From: an uncultured candidatus Porisulfidus sp.
GTDB taxonomy: Bacteria; Pseudomonadota; Gammaproteobacteria; Poriferisulfidales; Poriferisulfidaceae
NCBI GenBank assembly: GCA_965214545.1
Contig: OZ243950.1
Coordinates: 247,764-311,763, forward strand
Direction: 5' to 3'
Length of the DNA: 64,000 nt
Every line of letters starts with the position of its first letter. Position 1 is the first letter of the stretch. A program made the position numbers and the translations under genes. Below are positions 47,378 to 57,695 of this stretch, one piece after another. A model generated the notes under the pieces. That model searched no databases, had not been told where the DNA came from, and was given only the letters and a program-made list of their open reading frames with translations.

Positions 47378-48313
47378 TTACGCAGACGCACCCGATGGGT
47401 TTCGGGAATCATCTCCCTGTGACAGAACATCCGTGTCCCTGTCGTCGCTCCACCCGTCGAGTCGGGCGGTCAGGACCCCCGCTAGGGTCAAGTCCGCCGT
47501 AGTCCCCGGGCTGAAACCGGCGCTTTTCCAAAAAGCATCCAGTTCCAAGAGCCTGAGCCGAAAATTCTCCGGAGCCTCAGCCCCGCAAAATTCATCGGCT
47601 AGCCTTTTAATCTTACCACTAACCGACTTTGCCGCCTCTTCGCCGTGCACACGGGCGATGTGAGAATCCGGATAACGCCCGAGCAGAGTTAGGAATACGC
47701 CGGTCATCGCCCACCGGGCATCCCCCCAACGGAGGCACAACGATTCCCACTGCGGCCGGGCTTCAGAGAAGACGATCGGGAATCCGTCCCGGTACTGTGC
47801 CGCGACCTGGTCTCGCCCGGCGGCCAGGGCCATCGCTTCGCGCAGGGGAATGTCCGGGCGTTCTCGGATGTCGGCTTGCGGCGACCGCCCCAGGCCCGCC
47901 GGCTGCATCTGCCGAATGGCCCGGTACACGTCCCGTGCGTCCTCGACCGTGGTGTCCGCCAGGACCGCTTGCATGCGCGACTCCAGGCCCGGAGGCCCTT
48001 CCCGGTAATAAGCAGAAACCAACGGGGCCGTCAACAACAGGACCCCGATATTGGTATTGCAGCCCGCCACCCCCCAACTGGCCCGGGCCGCTTCGCGGAT
48101 TCGCCGGCCCAGGCTCCAGCCCGGCCGGGTGACCAACTCCGCCGCCGCCTGCGCGCTGCGCCGGAAATCCTGGCAGGTCTTCCCGTGCCCGTCCCCGTGT
48201 AAACCGACATTGCCCGGTTTCAAGGCTCGCAGGTCCAACAGGCAGGCATACAGGAACTGCCGCGAGGTGAACCGCCAGGGAGGATCATAGGTGGCGCGTA
48301 AATGCCGAGCCAT
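47378..48313 (-). CDS. triphosphoribosyl-dephospho-CoA synthase (CitG/MdcB)-like protein of H4MPT clusters (orf7-type)
   Basis: 311 aa with a CitG-like pattern (LKPGNV, NTNIG..LL.APL). The conserved position next to fae and mch is recalled from methylotroph gene islands. Confidence 0.65.
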   Translation of the reverse strand: MARHLRATYDPPWRFTSRQFLYACLLDLRALKPGNVGLHGDGHGKTCQDFRRSAQAAAELVTRPGWSLGRRIREAARASWGVAGCNTNIGVLLLTAPLVSAYYREGPPGLESRMQAVLADTTVEDARDVYRAIRQMQPAGLGRSPQADIRERPDIPLREAMALAAGRDQVAAQYRDGFPIVFSEARPQWESLCLRWGDARWAMTGVFLTLLGRYPDSHIARVHGEEAAKSVSGKIKRLADEFCGAEAPENFRLRLLELDAFWKSAGFSPGTTADLTLAGVLTARLDGWSDDRDTDVLSQGDDSRNPSGASA

Positions 48314-48325
48314 TGCCGTGCCCGC

Positions 48326-49237
48326 TCAGGAAGGCGGAGAGTCTCCGTGACAGTGCACCAGAAACCCTTCAACCAGGAGGTCTGCGATATTCTCCTGATG
48401 GACCTGCTGCAAGCCCCGCCACGCCGGAATGCTGTTGACTTCGGTCACCCAAGCGGCTCCCTGCCGGTCACGCATCAGGTCCACGCCCGCATACGGCATG
48501 TCCACGGCCGCCACCGCACGTTCCGCCAACCGGGTCAGCTCCGGCTCCAGCGGGGCCGGATGGCCTTGTCCGCCATTGGCGATATTGCTGATCCAGTCCT
48601 CGCCTTCCCGGCGCATGGCCGCGACGGCCTGTCCGCCGATGACCAGGATTCGCCAGTCACAGCTGCGGGATGTGGCCGGCTCGATGTATTCCTGCAAGTA
48701 ATAGATTCCGTGGGACAGATCGTAGTCCGGGTGCGGATCGTCCCGTGACAGGCGCTTCAAGCCCTTCCCTTGCGATCCGAAGATGGGCTTCGCCACCACG
48801 TGCCGGTGGGTTTCGAGCCAGCGGTCCAGGCATGCGCGCATCTGCCGAACCTCCCGTACCGCGAAGGTCCGGGGCGTGGGGACGCCGTGGAGGGCAAACA
48901 GGAAACTCGCGCGGACCTTGTCGACGCTGCGCTCAATCGAACCGGCATCGTTGTAAACCCCGACACCCATAGCCTCCAGAGCATGCAGGATGTCCAGGTA
49001 GAACACCACCTCCTCCAGGCTCCCTCCGGGGACCTCGCGGACGAAGACACCTGCCGGCAATCGGTCTCCGAAGCCAGGAATCCCGATTTTCGGTGTGCCG
49101 TCCTGGACTTCCAGGACACACTCCTGCAAGCGGACAAAATCACTGTCCCGGCCTCTCGCGTCCAAGGCCCGGCGGATCTGGTGCCCATGCCAGCCGGGTT
49201 GATCGGTCACGATGGCGTAGCGCCCGTGTTCGATCAT
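48326..49237 (-). CDS. RimK-type ATP-grasp ligase (H4MPT-cluster orfY/MptN-like glutamate ligase)
   Basis: 303 aa from ATG 49237, which forms an ATGA overlap with the mch stop. ATP-grasp pattern (VVAKPIFGSQGKG, YLQEYI, AGVDL....G..WV.EVN). Confidence 0.65.
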   Translation of the reverse strand: MIEHGRYAIVTDQPGWHGHQIRRALDARGRDSDFVRLQECVLEVQDGTPKIGIPGFGDRLPAGVFVREVPGGSLEEVVFYLDILHALEAMGVGVYNDAGSIERSVDKVRASFLFALHGVPTPRTFAVREVRQMRACLDRWLETHRHVVAKPIFGSQGKGLKRLSRDDPHPDYDLSHGIYYLQEYIEPATSRSCDWRILVIGGQAVAAMRREGEDWISNIANGGQGHPAPLEPELTRLAERAVAAVDMPYAGVDLMRDRQGAAWVTEVNSIPAWRGLQQVHQENIADLLVEGFLVHCHGDSPPS

Positions 49238-50196
49238 TCCCGGAATGATTGCTCCAGCAATTCGTGGTTGACCTCGCCGGCGGAGAAGGAGCGCCCGGTC
49301 CGGATATTGTTGACCATGACCCGGGCCGGGCTGAACAGCATCGGGTCGACCTGGAAGAAATCGTGATCGTGTTCCTTGAAGACTTCGGCGAACGGCTTGC
49401 CGTAATCCCGGGATGTGTTGCTCGGCAGCTCGGTCGCGAGCCGCTCCGCCTCCTCGTCGGTGGATTGGACGAATAACTTGACCTGACCGCCGAACAAGAT
49501 CGCGTCGTTCGTGCGCCCCATCATCCTCACCATATCGGAATTGTCGAGTGGCGGGATCGGAGCGCTGCCGACGCCGTCCACCACGCAACTCAGGTCGAAT
49601 CCCAGTTCATGCGCCTTGTGCAGACCCACCTCAAGCACTCGGCCGACCACCTGCACCATCCCCGCCAGGCTCGTGGTCGGCGTCAAGATCAGAGTCAGGT
49701 TGAGGGGTTCGACCCCGCAATCCCGGCAAATCTTCTCGCGCACCGAACGCGGAGGAACTTTGTCGACCTCCAGAACCAGTGTCGTGTAGATGTAGGAATC
49801 CTCGTAGTCGATCTTCTCGAACAGGTCTTCCTTTTGTGCCATGCAGCGGGCCGGGCCAGAGCCCAAGGCGTAGAAACCGCTCTCCTTGTCGCTCAACGAC
49901 CATCCCGCATATTGGCTCGCCAGGCAGGCCAGGACCGGATGTTGTGTGTGGACGTGTATGGTCAAGGGCCAATCCCCCGAGCCGCCATACGTCAGCGTGG
50001 CTTGCCCCAGGCCTCCCATGCAGATCTCTGCAATCTGGCGCCCTGCCTCGATTCCGCCGATTGCGTTGATGCCGGCATCCACCACCCAGACCCCTTCTTC
50101 CGTTCGGGATTCCACGATGCGCAGGCTCCAAGCCTGTTCGGAGAGGGAGCGGACCAGAGGTTCAACCTGGCGATTGATACTAATGGGGGAGTTCAT
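49234..50196 (-). CDS. mch: methenyltetrahydromethanopterin cyclohydrolase
   Basis: 320 aa. The segment VVDAGINAIGGIEAGRQIAEICMGGLG matches Mch of methylotrophs. Confidence 0.9.
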   Translation of the reverse strand: MNSPISINRQVEPLVRSLSEQAWSLRIVESRTEEGVWVVDAGINAIGGIEAGRQIAEICMGGLGQATLTYGGSGDWPLTIHVHTQHPVLACLASQYAGWSLSDKESGFYALGSGPARCMAQKEDLFEKIDYEDSYIYTTLVLEVDKVPPRSVREKICRDCGVEPLNLTLILTPTTSLAGMVQVVGRVLEVGLHKAHELGFDLSCVVDGVGSAPIPPLDNSDMVRMMGRTNDAILFGGQVKLFVQSTDEEAERLATELPSNTSRDYGKPFAEVFKEHDHDFFQVDPMLFSPARVMVNNIRTGRSFSAGEVNHELLEQSFRE

Positions 50197-51379
50197 GAGT
50201 CAGGCTTCCAGGGGAAAACGGAGGGAGGGGGTCGGGCGGCAGCTGCGCCAAGACCTGGTCGCTGAGGCCCTTCAGGCAGGCGTACGCTTCATCCGCATCG
50301 CGATACCGGTCCCGCACGGTGCACAAGGGCTGCCCGGCCTCGATGCGGGTTCCAGCCCCCGGCAGGTCTGCCGCTGCGGCCGGCCATTCCCAGCCGGCCG
50401 AGATCACGACCGGTTGCGGGGCATACACGACCCGCAGCCCGCGCACGCCCGCCCGTCGGTCATCGACAGGGACCAGGCGTCCGTTCGGATCCCCGGTCAG
50501 GCAGGTCTCGGTGTGGGCGCTCATGTAATCCGAAGCAAAACGATCCGCGTACAGTTCGGTGGTCGCCACCAGTCTTGGATTCAAGTCCACGAGTTGCACT
50601 TCGTTTCCAGGATCAACGATAAAATCAATGCCGCAGAGGCCAAGAAGATCCAGATCACTCGCCAGAATTTGTACTGTCCATTGTACTTGCTCGAAAACCT
50701 CCGGTAAAACCCGGACCGGGCCGACCGCGCCGGCCCAGGCGTAGGGCGCATCCGCCCTGACCGAAGGCAGCAGCCGGCTGATTCCGACGACACGGGCACG
50801 CCCTCCGCCTGCGAGGAACAGCGCGGAATACGAATCCCCCGCGCATTGGCGCTGCCAATAGAAAGGGCCCGGGCTGTCCGGACATCGCGAGGCCGGTTGC
50901 ACGTGACCCCCGCCGGCCTGGCCTTTCTGTTTGACAAGCCAAGCTTCCGGATGCTCCGGCCGCCCGGCGCGAGTCTCCGGCACAGTAACCCCGAGTGTTC
51001 CCAGGCGGGCCGACCATTGCACGGGGTCGGCGCACAGGCGAACGGTATCGGAGGAGTTGCCCAGGACCGGGACGCAGGTTTGCAGAGACTCCAGCATATC
51101 CGGGTCCGATTCAAAACCGGAGCCGTAGGCCAGCCGGTCACCCGGTTGGCTGCGCCGGCACACCGCGTCCAGTATGTCCGGGGAGAACTGGCCCGCGTCC
51201 AGGTTCACCCGAACCCTCTCATCGGCGTTCAAGTCCGTATCGAAAAACCCATCCATCGCCACGACCGGCCGCAGGCGATGCATCGCGGCCTCGGCATGCG
51301 CCCGCACCGAAGCGGACAGCAGGAACAATTTTCCGCTATTCCGCGGCACACTGGCGCGCCACTTCGAAAGCGTGTTCAA
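50180..51379 (-). CDS. ATP-grasp domain protein of H4MPT clusters (orf5-type); start uncertain
   Basis: The ORF lies between mtdB and mch. The annotated start overlaps mtdB by 44 nt. An internal ATG at 51283 or a GTG at 51349 is possible. Confidence 0.5.
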   Translation of the reverse strand: MNTLSKWRASVPRNSGKLFLLSASVRAHAEAAMHRLRPVVAMDGFFDTDLNADERVRVNLDAGQFSPDILDAVCRRSQPGDRLAYGSGFESDPDMLESLQTCVPVLGNSSDTVRLCADPVQWSARLGTLGVTVPETRAGRPEHPEAWLVKQKGQAGGGHVQPASRCPDSPGPFYWQRQCAGDSYSALFLAGGGRARVVGISRLLPSVRADAPYAWAGAVGPVRVLPEVFEQVQWTVQILASDLDLLGLCGIDFIVDPGNEVQLVDLNPRLVATTELYADRFASDYMSAHTETCLTGDPNGRLVPVDDRRAGVRGLRVVYAPQPVVISAGWEWPAAAADLPGAGTRIEAGQPLCTVRDRYRDADEAYACLKGLSDQVLAQLPPDPLPPFSPGSLTHELPH

Positions 51380-52235
51380 AATGGAAATAGACCGGCTCTT
51401 CCGCTTCGCGCATTTGCTGGAGCAACCGATGCTGGGTCTGGTACTTCACGTTGCCGATGGCCAGCGCCCCGATGCCGACAGCCCCGCTTTGGGAATCCTC
51501 GATCGCGCTGCCGTCATCCATCACCCCGAGGCCATGGATGCCGGAGGGGGGAACCGCGTTGACGTCCGCCGCCACTTTTAGCCGGGGCGCACGGGCCATC
51601 TGCTCTTTCGACACCAGCTGGATTCCTGCTGCCGCCGAAGCGAACACGATATCGGTTTCATCGAGCAGCGCGTCGAGTTGATCGTTGGCCTCCCCGTCGA
51701 CGGCCGAATCCGCCCCGTATTTCTGGTTGCACAGATCCGCCGCTTGGTCACTTTTCTCTTTCTTGCGCCCCAGGATAGTGACCCGGGCTCCCGCGTTGGC
51801 GGCAATGACTGCCGCGGCTGACCCGACCGGACCGGTTCCGCCGAGCGCCACGATACGCTGACCGGAAAGCTCCTCCCCATGCCCATCGCGCAACGCCTTC
51901 TCTACTTTCGCCACCATAGCGGCGGCAGTCGTGAACGCCCCACTGGGATCGGCAAAGGCCGAAACGACAAAGGGCGGCACCATGGAGTTCTGGCAGGTCT
52001 CCAGCATGTCCATTGCCTGATGCATGTCGCGCCCGCCGATGAACAGGCCGGTACGCTTGACCCCGTTCGGCCCCCGCGAGAAGATCGCGTCTTCGACCAG
52101 GCCCTTGACTTCGCTGTCTTCCACCTGGATGTACGGAATGCAGGCATCCCAGCCGGCATCGTAGGCCATGTTGGCGTCAAACGGACTCAGGTTTTTTGCC
52201 GAAGTCAGCATGTGCAAAAGGTATTTCTTTTCCAT
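51336..52235 (-). CDS. mtdB: NAD(P)-dependent methylenetetrahydromethanopterin dehydrogenase
   Basis: 299 aa from ATG 52235 (AAGGAAA upstream). The blocks LHMLT....SPFD.NMA.DAG, IFSR and G.FIGG match MtdB. Confidence 0.85.
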   Translation of the reverse strand: MEKKYLLHMLTSAKNLSPFDANMAYDAGWDACIPYIQVEDSEVKGLVEDAIFSRGPNGVKRTGLFIGGRDMHQAMDMLETCQNSMVPPFVVSAFADPSGAFTTAAAMVAKVEKALRDGHGEELSGQRIVALGGTGPVGSAAAVIAANAGARVTILGRKKEKSDQAADLCNQKYGADSAVDGEANDQLDALLDETDIVFASAAAGIQLVSKEQMARAPRLKVAADVNAVPPSGIHGLGVMDDGSAIEDSQSGAVGIGALAIGNVKYQTQHRLLQQMREAEEPVYFHFEHAFEVARQCAAE

Positions 52236-52248
52236 GATTTTCCTTTTC

Positions 52249-53250
52249 TCAGGTTCTTGTGATGGTTTTTCTCTCTTCGCGGAGAGGTTCCTCTTCCAGC
52301 CCGGTGGATAGCGTCAGGTGATGCCCGCGGTTGGATGCCTCGACAATCCGGAGATCCAAGTCCGGGTCGACAGGCTGAAGTTTCTTTGCCAATGCATGCG
52401 CCTGGGTTTCGCTGTCCGTCAGGATAAATCCAGTCGGCCCCCAGGAACTTTGCCCAACGCCCTGAAAACCAAGCTGTTTGGCCTGTTTCAGGAGGCGAGT
52501 GATTTTTACGTGGAAAAAACGTCCACCTTGAGCGGGCGCGAAATAGTCTCCGACCTTGTCTTGCAACTCACCGACTCCGCCAGCAAAGCCTTCCAGGTCG
52601 CATTCACGCAGGGACGGCAAAATGCGCATCAGGGTCAGGCGGCACAAGTGGGCCGCATCTGCAGCGGGAAATTCAGGGAGATCACCGAAGGCCCGGTGTT
52701 CTGCCGTGCCCGAGAGGCCCTCCGCATCGCTTCGCGCCAGCAACAGCACGATCCGCCAGTGCTCGGGGAACGGATGCCGTGCAATGATCGGGGGAGGTGA
52801 ATCGCCGCTTCCCCGCCCCCCGTCGACCAGGAAGCCGCCTTGTTCGAACGCGCCGATGCCGATTCCGGACCGCCCGCCGCGGGCCAGCTTCTCTGCAATG
52901 TCGTAAGGGTTGAGATCCAGTTCGTACAGGTGGCTTACCGCTGTGCCGACCGCCAGGGCCAGTTGCGTGCCGGAGCCCAGTCCCGCATGCGGGGGGATCG
53001 CCTGATGAACGTCGATCTTGACTGCGCCTTCCTGCCCCATCATGCCCAATAGGCGCTGAGCGTATTCGAGGGCCCGCTCCGAATCCGGCCCCTGTGCGCA
53101 GAATTCCGTGCTGCGAGAGCAGCGAAGACGGGTGCTGATCTGCGTCAGGCTGACACCGATGCCGCCGAAACGCCGGCCGAGACCGCCGTGCAGGTCTAGA
53201 AACCCGAGATGCAGGCGCGCCGGCGCCTCGATTTGGATGATTTGACCCAC
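52249..53250 (-). CDS. mptG: beta-ribofuranosylaminobenzene 5'-phosphate synthase
   Basis: About 333 aa from GTG 53250, the only plausible start downstream of the purL stop. GHMP-like pattern APARLHLGFLDLHGGLGRRFGGIGV. Confidence 0.7.
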   Translation of the reverse strand: MGQIIQIEAPARLHLGFLDLHGGLGRRFGGIGVSLTQISTRLRCSRSTEFCAQGPDSERALEYAQRLLGMMGQEGAVKIDVHQAIPPHAGLGSGTQLALAVGTAVSHLYELDLNPYDIAEKLARGGRSGIGIGAFEQGGFLVDGGRGSGDSPPPIIARHPFPEHWRIVLLLARSDAEGLSGTAEHRAFGDLPEFPAADAAHLCRLTLMRILPSLRECDLEGFAGGVGELQDKVGDYFAPAQGGRFFHVKITRLLKQAKQLGFQGVGQSSWGPTGFILTDSETQAHALAKKLQPVDPDLDLRIVEASNRGHHLTLSTGLEEEPLREERKTITRT

Positions 53251-53312
53251 TGGCCCTGCCTGGAAATGCCGTGCCGGGAAGTATACAGGAAATATGGGCG
53301 TTTCAGGGGGCT

Positions 53313-56300
53313 TCAGGCTACCCAGGCCCGCGCATTCTGGAACAAGCGTAGCCAGGGTGCATTCTCTCCCCACTCCGGAGGATTCCAGGAATACTGCAGG
53401 GTGCGGAATACCCGTTCCGGGTGCGGCATCATGATGGTGACACGTCCATCCGTACTGGTCAAAGCGGTAATGCCTCCTTGCGAGCCGTTCGGGTTGGCGG
53501 GATAATTCTCTGCGGCGGCCTCTCCCTGTGCATCGATATAGCGCAGACAGGCCGTTTCTTCCAGGTTTGCCATGTCGCATTGCGGATCAATGCGCCCTTC
53601 CCCATGCGCGACGACGATCGGCAGGCGACTGCCCGCCATGCCCCGGAGCAGGATCGAGGGTGATTCCAAAACCTCTACCTGGCATAGCCGGGCCTCAAAC
53701 TGCTCGCTGAGATTCGGCACGAAACGTGGCCAATGCCCCGCACCCGGAATCAGGTCTTTCACCTGAGAGAGTAACTGGCAGCCATTGCAGACGCCCAGCG
53801 CGAACACGTCCGCCCGCTTGAAAAAGTTATAAAAAATATCTCTCAACTCATTGTGGTAAAAGATATTTTTTGCCCATCCCCCACCCGCGCCCAGGACATC
53901 GCCGTACGAGAATCCGCCACAGGCGGCCAGACCCGTGACATCGTCTAGAAGCCGCGGATTCTGTTGGAGGTCGCTCATGTGCAGGTCCCTGCAGACGAAA
54001 CCGGCCCGGGAGAACGCGGCCGCCATCTCGACTTGCCCGTTGACGCCTTGCTCCCTGAGAATCGCGACGACAGGCGCGGCGCCGACCTGGATGTAAGGGG
54101 CCGCGGGATTGTCCTCTGTTTCGTAGGACAGTTGGGAGAAAAGTGGCGGGGAATCCCAGTTCTTCCTGTTCTCGTGTTCGCTGCGGGCACACCCCTCATG
54201 ATCGCGACGCCGGGCGATCTCGTAACTTGTCCGACTCCACAGCTGTTCAAGTTCGGGCAGCGACCAAGTTCCGATCGTTTCACCCTGGCATCGTACGCGA
54301 AGGGTTGCCTCGGAGGCCGGGGCCCCGATCCGTTCGCACACAAGCCCGGCCTCCCCGAAGCGATCCATGATCCCCTGCGCCTGTGCCTCTCGGACCTGCA
54401 AGACGGCGCCAATCTCCTCGTTGAACAGGTAGCCCAGCACTTCGCTCGCTTCCACTGGAAGGTTGAGGTCCAGACCCACGCGACCGGCGAAGGCGCATTC
54501 ACACAGGCAAGTCAGCACCCCTCCGTCTGAGCGATCGTGGTAGGCCAGGATCGCATCCTCGGTCAGCAATGCCTGGATCTGATCGAACAAAGCGGCGAGA
54601 AGCAACGGGTCGTCCACGTCTGGAGTCTCCGACCCTGTCTGACCGTATGTTTGGGCCAGCGCCGACCCGCCCAAGCGGCGATGGGCATTCAAGGACACCA
54701 GCAGCAGGCATGAGTCTGCCGTGTCCTGCAACTGCGGCGTGGCATGTCGGCAGACATCTTCCACCGGGGCAAATGCCGAGACCACCAGCGAAACCGGTGC
54801 GGTTACCTGCTGATCCTCCCAGGTTGCCTGCATGGACAGGGAGTCCTTGCCGACCGGGATCGCGATGCCGAGCTTCGGGCATAAGTCCATGCCGACCGCC
54901 TCAACCGCTTCGTACAACCCGTACAGGGCATCTCCCTCGGAGCCTGCCGCCATCCAGTTTGCGGACAGGCGAATCCGGGTCCGATCGAGCACCTTCACGC
55001 CAGCCAGGTTGGTCAGGGCTTCCGCGACCGCCATGCGCGCGGAAGCCCCGGGGCGGTGAATGGCCAGGGCCGGCCTCTCCCCCATCGCCATGGCGTCTCC
55101 CTGGACCCCTTCAAAATCACAGGCCGTGACTGCCGCATCCGCGACCGGGACCTGCCAGGGACCGACCATCTGGTCCCGCACCGTCAGGCCACCCACCGAA
55201 CGGTCCCCGATCGTAACCAGGAAAGATTTCGAGCCCACGCAAGGCAGCGTTAGCACACGTTCGATGGCTTCCGGAAGATCAACGCCCTCCAGGTTCAGCG
55301 GCACGTCCGGCCAGTCGACCGAAGGCACGGCGATATCCATTCGGGAGGATTCTCCGAACAAGAGCGTCAGGGGCAGGTCGGCGACAGCCTCTCCAAAATG
55401 CGGGTCGTCCACCTGCAGCTGACCGTCCGCGGCGGCCCGGCCGACGACCGAGAATGGGCATCGCTCCCGATGGCACAGTTCGGAAAAAGCCTCCAGCGCT
55501 TCCGCCCGGATCGCGAGCACATAACGTTCCTGGGACTCATTGCACCAAATCTCCCGGGGCGACATCCCGCGGTCGGCGCAAGGGATCTCGCGCAAGTCCA
55601 GCCCCGCCCCGCCCGGCTCCCCGTCAATCAGTTCCGGAATGGCATTGGAGAGTCCGCCCGCACCGACGTCGTGCAATGTCAGGATCGGGTTGTCCGCGCT
55701 TCGCGCCGTGCACTGCTCGATGACTTCCTGGGCGCGGCGCTGCATTTCCGGGTTGCTGCGTTGCACCGATGCATAGTCTAATTCTTCGTCCCCCGCGCCC
55801 GTGTGCTGGGATGATGCCGCCCCGCCCCCCAAGCCGATCAGCATGGCCGGCCCGCCCAAGACCACGATCAAGGCGCCCTCGGGAATAGATTTTTTCTGCA
55901 CATGCTCATTGCGGATGCTACCGATCCCCCCTGCGATCATGATCGGCTTGTGGTAGCCGAATGTCTTGTTTCCCACAGGCGTGGGCACCTCGCTTTCCAA
56001 GGTGCGGAAATAACCCGTCAGGCACGGCCGGCCGAATTCGTTATTGAAAGAAGCGGCCCCGACCGGGCCTTCGATCATGATGTCCAGCGGCCGGGCCATG
56101 CGCGGCGGGTGTGCCCGGGACGGGGTCTCCCAAGGGCGTGGCCAGGTGTCGAGATTGAGGTTCGACACCGCAAATCCGCAGAGACCTGCCTTCGGGCGCC
56201 CACCCCGGCCGCAGGCGGTTTCATCGCGGATCTCCCCCCCGCTTCCGGTTGCCGCACCCGGAAACGGAGAAATGCCCGTCGGATGGTTGTGCGTTTCCAC

Positions 56301-57164
56301 CTTGATGACCATGCCGTAGTCGCCGTCGATCGCCTCCCAGGCTCGGGTCCTCGGGTTCACCGCGAAACGACGGCCGGGGCCGAGATCCAGCACGGCGGCA
56401 TTGTCGCTGTAGGCCGACAGGGTTCCGTCCGGCGACACGGCGTGCGTGTGCCGAATCATCTCGAACAGACTTTTTGGCATCGGCTTCCCATCGATCGTCC
56501 AGCGCGCATTGAACGTCTTGTGCCGGCAGTGCTCGGAATTCACCTGGGCGAACATCATCAATTCAGCGTCCGTCGGGTCACGCCCAAGTTCCTGATATGC
56601 CCGGATCAGGTATTCGATGTCGGCATCGGAAAGCGCCAGGCCGTATGTCCGATTTGCTTCACACAGGGCTAGGGCCGGGTCGGAGTTCAGAGAGACCCTT
56701 TCAAGCGGCACCGGTTCCGGGTGTGCGAAAAGTCTGTCGCACTGCTCGATACCCGGCAAGATCGACTCGGTCATCCGGTCGTGTAAAAGCGCGACCTGCT
56801 CGGGCGGGATGGGTTCCGCCCCCTGCAGGTGATACTCGGTTCCGCGCTCGACCCGAAGAATTGAAGTCAGCCCGCAATTCCGGATGATTTCCGTGGCCTT
56901 GCTGGACCATGGCGAAATGGTGCCCAGCCGCGGGACGACAAGAATCGAAAAGCCGGAATTCGGTTCGGCTGCGGCCGGTGCGTAATCCAGAAGCCCTGCA
57001 AGGATTTCCTCCTCGGCAGGATCCAAGGCCCGCTCGCAGTCCACGAAATGCAGGAAGCGCGCGCTGGAGACCTCCCCTCCACCATGCGCGTGCATGCGGG
57101 CATTAAGCCTATGCCGGGAATGATCGGTCAGCGCTTTGCCGCCGGAATAAGAGCAAATAGGCAT
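53313..57164 (-). CDS. purL: phosphoribosylformylglycinamidine synthase (single-chain large PurL)
   Basis: 1283 aa from ATG 57164, comparable in length and N-terminal alignment to E. coli PurL. It has a C-terminal glutaminase domain (GVCNGCQ). Confidence 0.95.
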   Translation of the reverse strand: MPICSYSGGKALTDHSRHRLNARMHAHGGGEVSSARFLHFVDCERALDPAEEEILAGLLDYAPAAAEPNSGFSILVVPRLGTISPWSSKATEIIRNCGLTSILRVERGTEYHLQGAEPIPPEQVALLHDRMTESILPGIEQCDRLFAHPEPVPLERVSLNSDPALALCEANRTYGLALSDADIEYLIRAYQELGRDPTDAELMMFAQVNSEHCRHKTFNARWTIDGKPMPKSLFEMIRHTHAVSPDGTLSAYSDNAAVLDLGPGRRFAVNPRTRAWEAIDGDYGMVIKVETHNHPTGISPFPGAATGSGGEIRDETACGRGGRPKAGLCGFAVSNLNLDTWPRPWETPSRAHPPRMARPLDIMIEGPVGAASFNNEFGRPCLTGYFRTLESEVPTPVGNKTFGYHKPIMIAGGIGSIRNEHVQKKSIPEGALIVVLGGPAMLIGLGGGAASSQHTGAGDEELDYASVQRSNPEMQRRAQEVIEQCTARSADNPILTLHDVGAGGLSNAIPELIDGEPGGAGLDLREIPCADRGMSPREIWCNESQERYVLAIRAEALEAFSELCHRERCPFSVVGRAAADGQLQVDDPHFGEAVADLPLTLLFGESSRMDIAVPSVDWPDVPLNLEGVDLPEAIERVLTLPCVGSKSFLVTIGDRSVGGLTVRDQMVGPWQVPVADAAVTACDFEGVQGDAMAMGERPALAIHRPGASARMAVAEALTNLAGVKVLDRTRIRLSANWMAAGSEGDALYGLYEAVEAVGMDLCPKLGIAIPVGKDSLSMQATWEDQQVTAPVSLVVSAFAPVEDVCRHATPQLQDTADSCLLLVSLNAHRRLGGSALAQTYGQTGSETPDVDDPLLLAALFDQIQALLTEDAILAYHDRSDGGVLTCLCECAFAGRVGLDLNLPVEASEVLGYLFNEEIGAVLQVREAQAQGIMDRFGEAGLVCERIGAPASEATLRVRCQGETIGTWSLPELEQLWSRTSYEIARRRDHEGCARSEHENRKNWDSPPLFSQLSYETEDNPAAPYIQVGAAPVVAILREQGVNGQVEMAAAFSRAGFVCRDLHMSDLQQNPRLLDDVTGLAACGGFSYGDVLGAGGGWAKNIFYHNELRDIFYNFFKRADVFALGVCNGCQLLSQVKDLIPGAGHWPRFVPNLSEQFEARLCQVEVLESPSILLRGMAGSRLPIVVAHGEGRIDPQCDMANLEETACLRYIDAQGEAAAENYPANPNGSQGGITALTSTDGRVTIMMPHPERVFRTLQYSWNPPEWGENAPWLRLFQNARAWVA

Positions 57165-57227
57165 GAAAATGACGGTCGGAGAGTCGATTCGTACCGAGAG
57201 GCATGGAAATCCAAGCGTATTATCCCG

Positions 57228-57233
57228 TATAAT
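57228..57233 (+). promoter_or_regulatory. perfect -10 hexamer TATAAT 15 nt upstream of the tmRNA 5' end
   Basis: Read directly from the sequence. The -35 (TGGAAA at 57204) is weak. Confidence 0.4.
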
Positions 57234-57248
57234 GGCAATTGATGACTT

Positions 57249-57605
57249 GGGGGTGACTTGGCTTCGACGGCGGTTACTAAATCCAAGGCGCATGCCGAGG
57301 CGGCAACGACCTCGTAAAAAATGGTTGTGAAAAAATTAGTTGCCAACGACGACAACTACGCACTAGCTGCTTAAATTCAGTTAGTCATCCTTTCGGGAGA
57401 TGCTTGTGGATCCTGATATGGGTGTCGACTACACAAGATCGCCATCCGGTCTGTCTGGAGCCGGAAGGTTAAAGTCAACATGCAGGCTGGCGATCATCGG
57501 GCCCTGTCCGTCGGGTGTTGATCGTAAGATAAAGACGGTGCTAAGCATGTAGGGCCGAAGAGGAGGAACTGCCGGACGCGGGTTCGATTCCCGCCACCTC
57601 CACCA
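57249..57605 (+). ncRNA. ssrA: tmRNA (SsrA)
   Basis: The 5' GGGGGTG pairs with the 3' CACCTCC-ACCA, including the G3:U pair. T-arm GGGTTCGATTCCC. The tag reading frame at 57342..57374 encodes ANDDNYALAA followed by a stop. Confidence 0.95.
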
Positions 57606-57695
57606 CCTTGAACCTCTCTTGACGCATCGTAAGCTAGGTGCCAGCCTTGTCTGGTGGTTTATTTTCATGCGCTCGTGTCGCGCTTTGGTAGTCGG

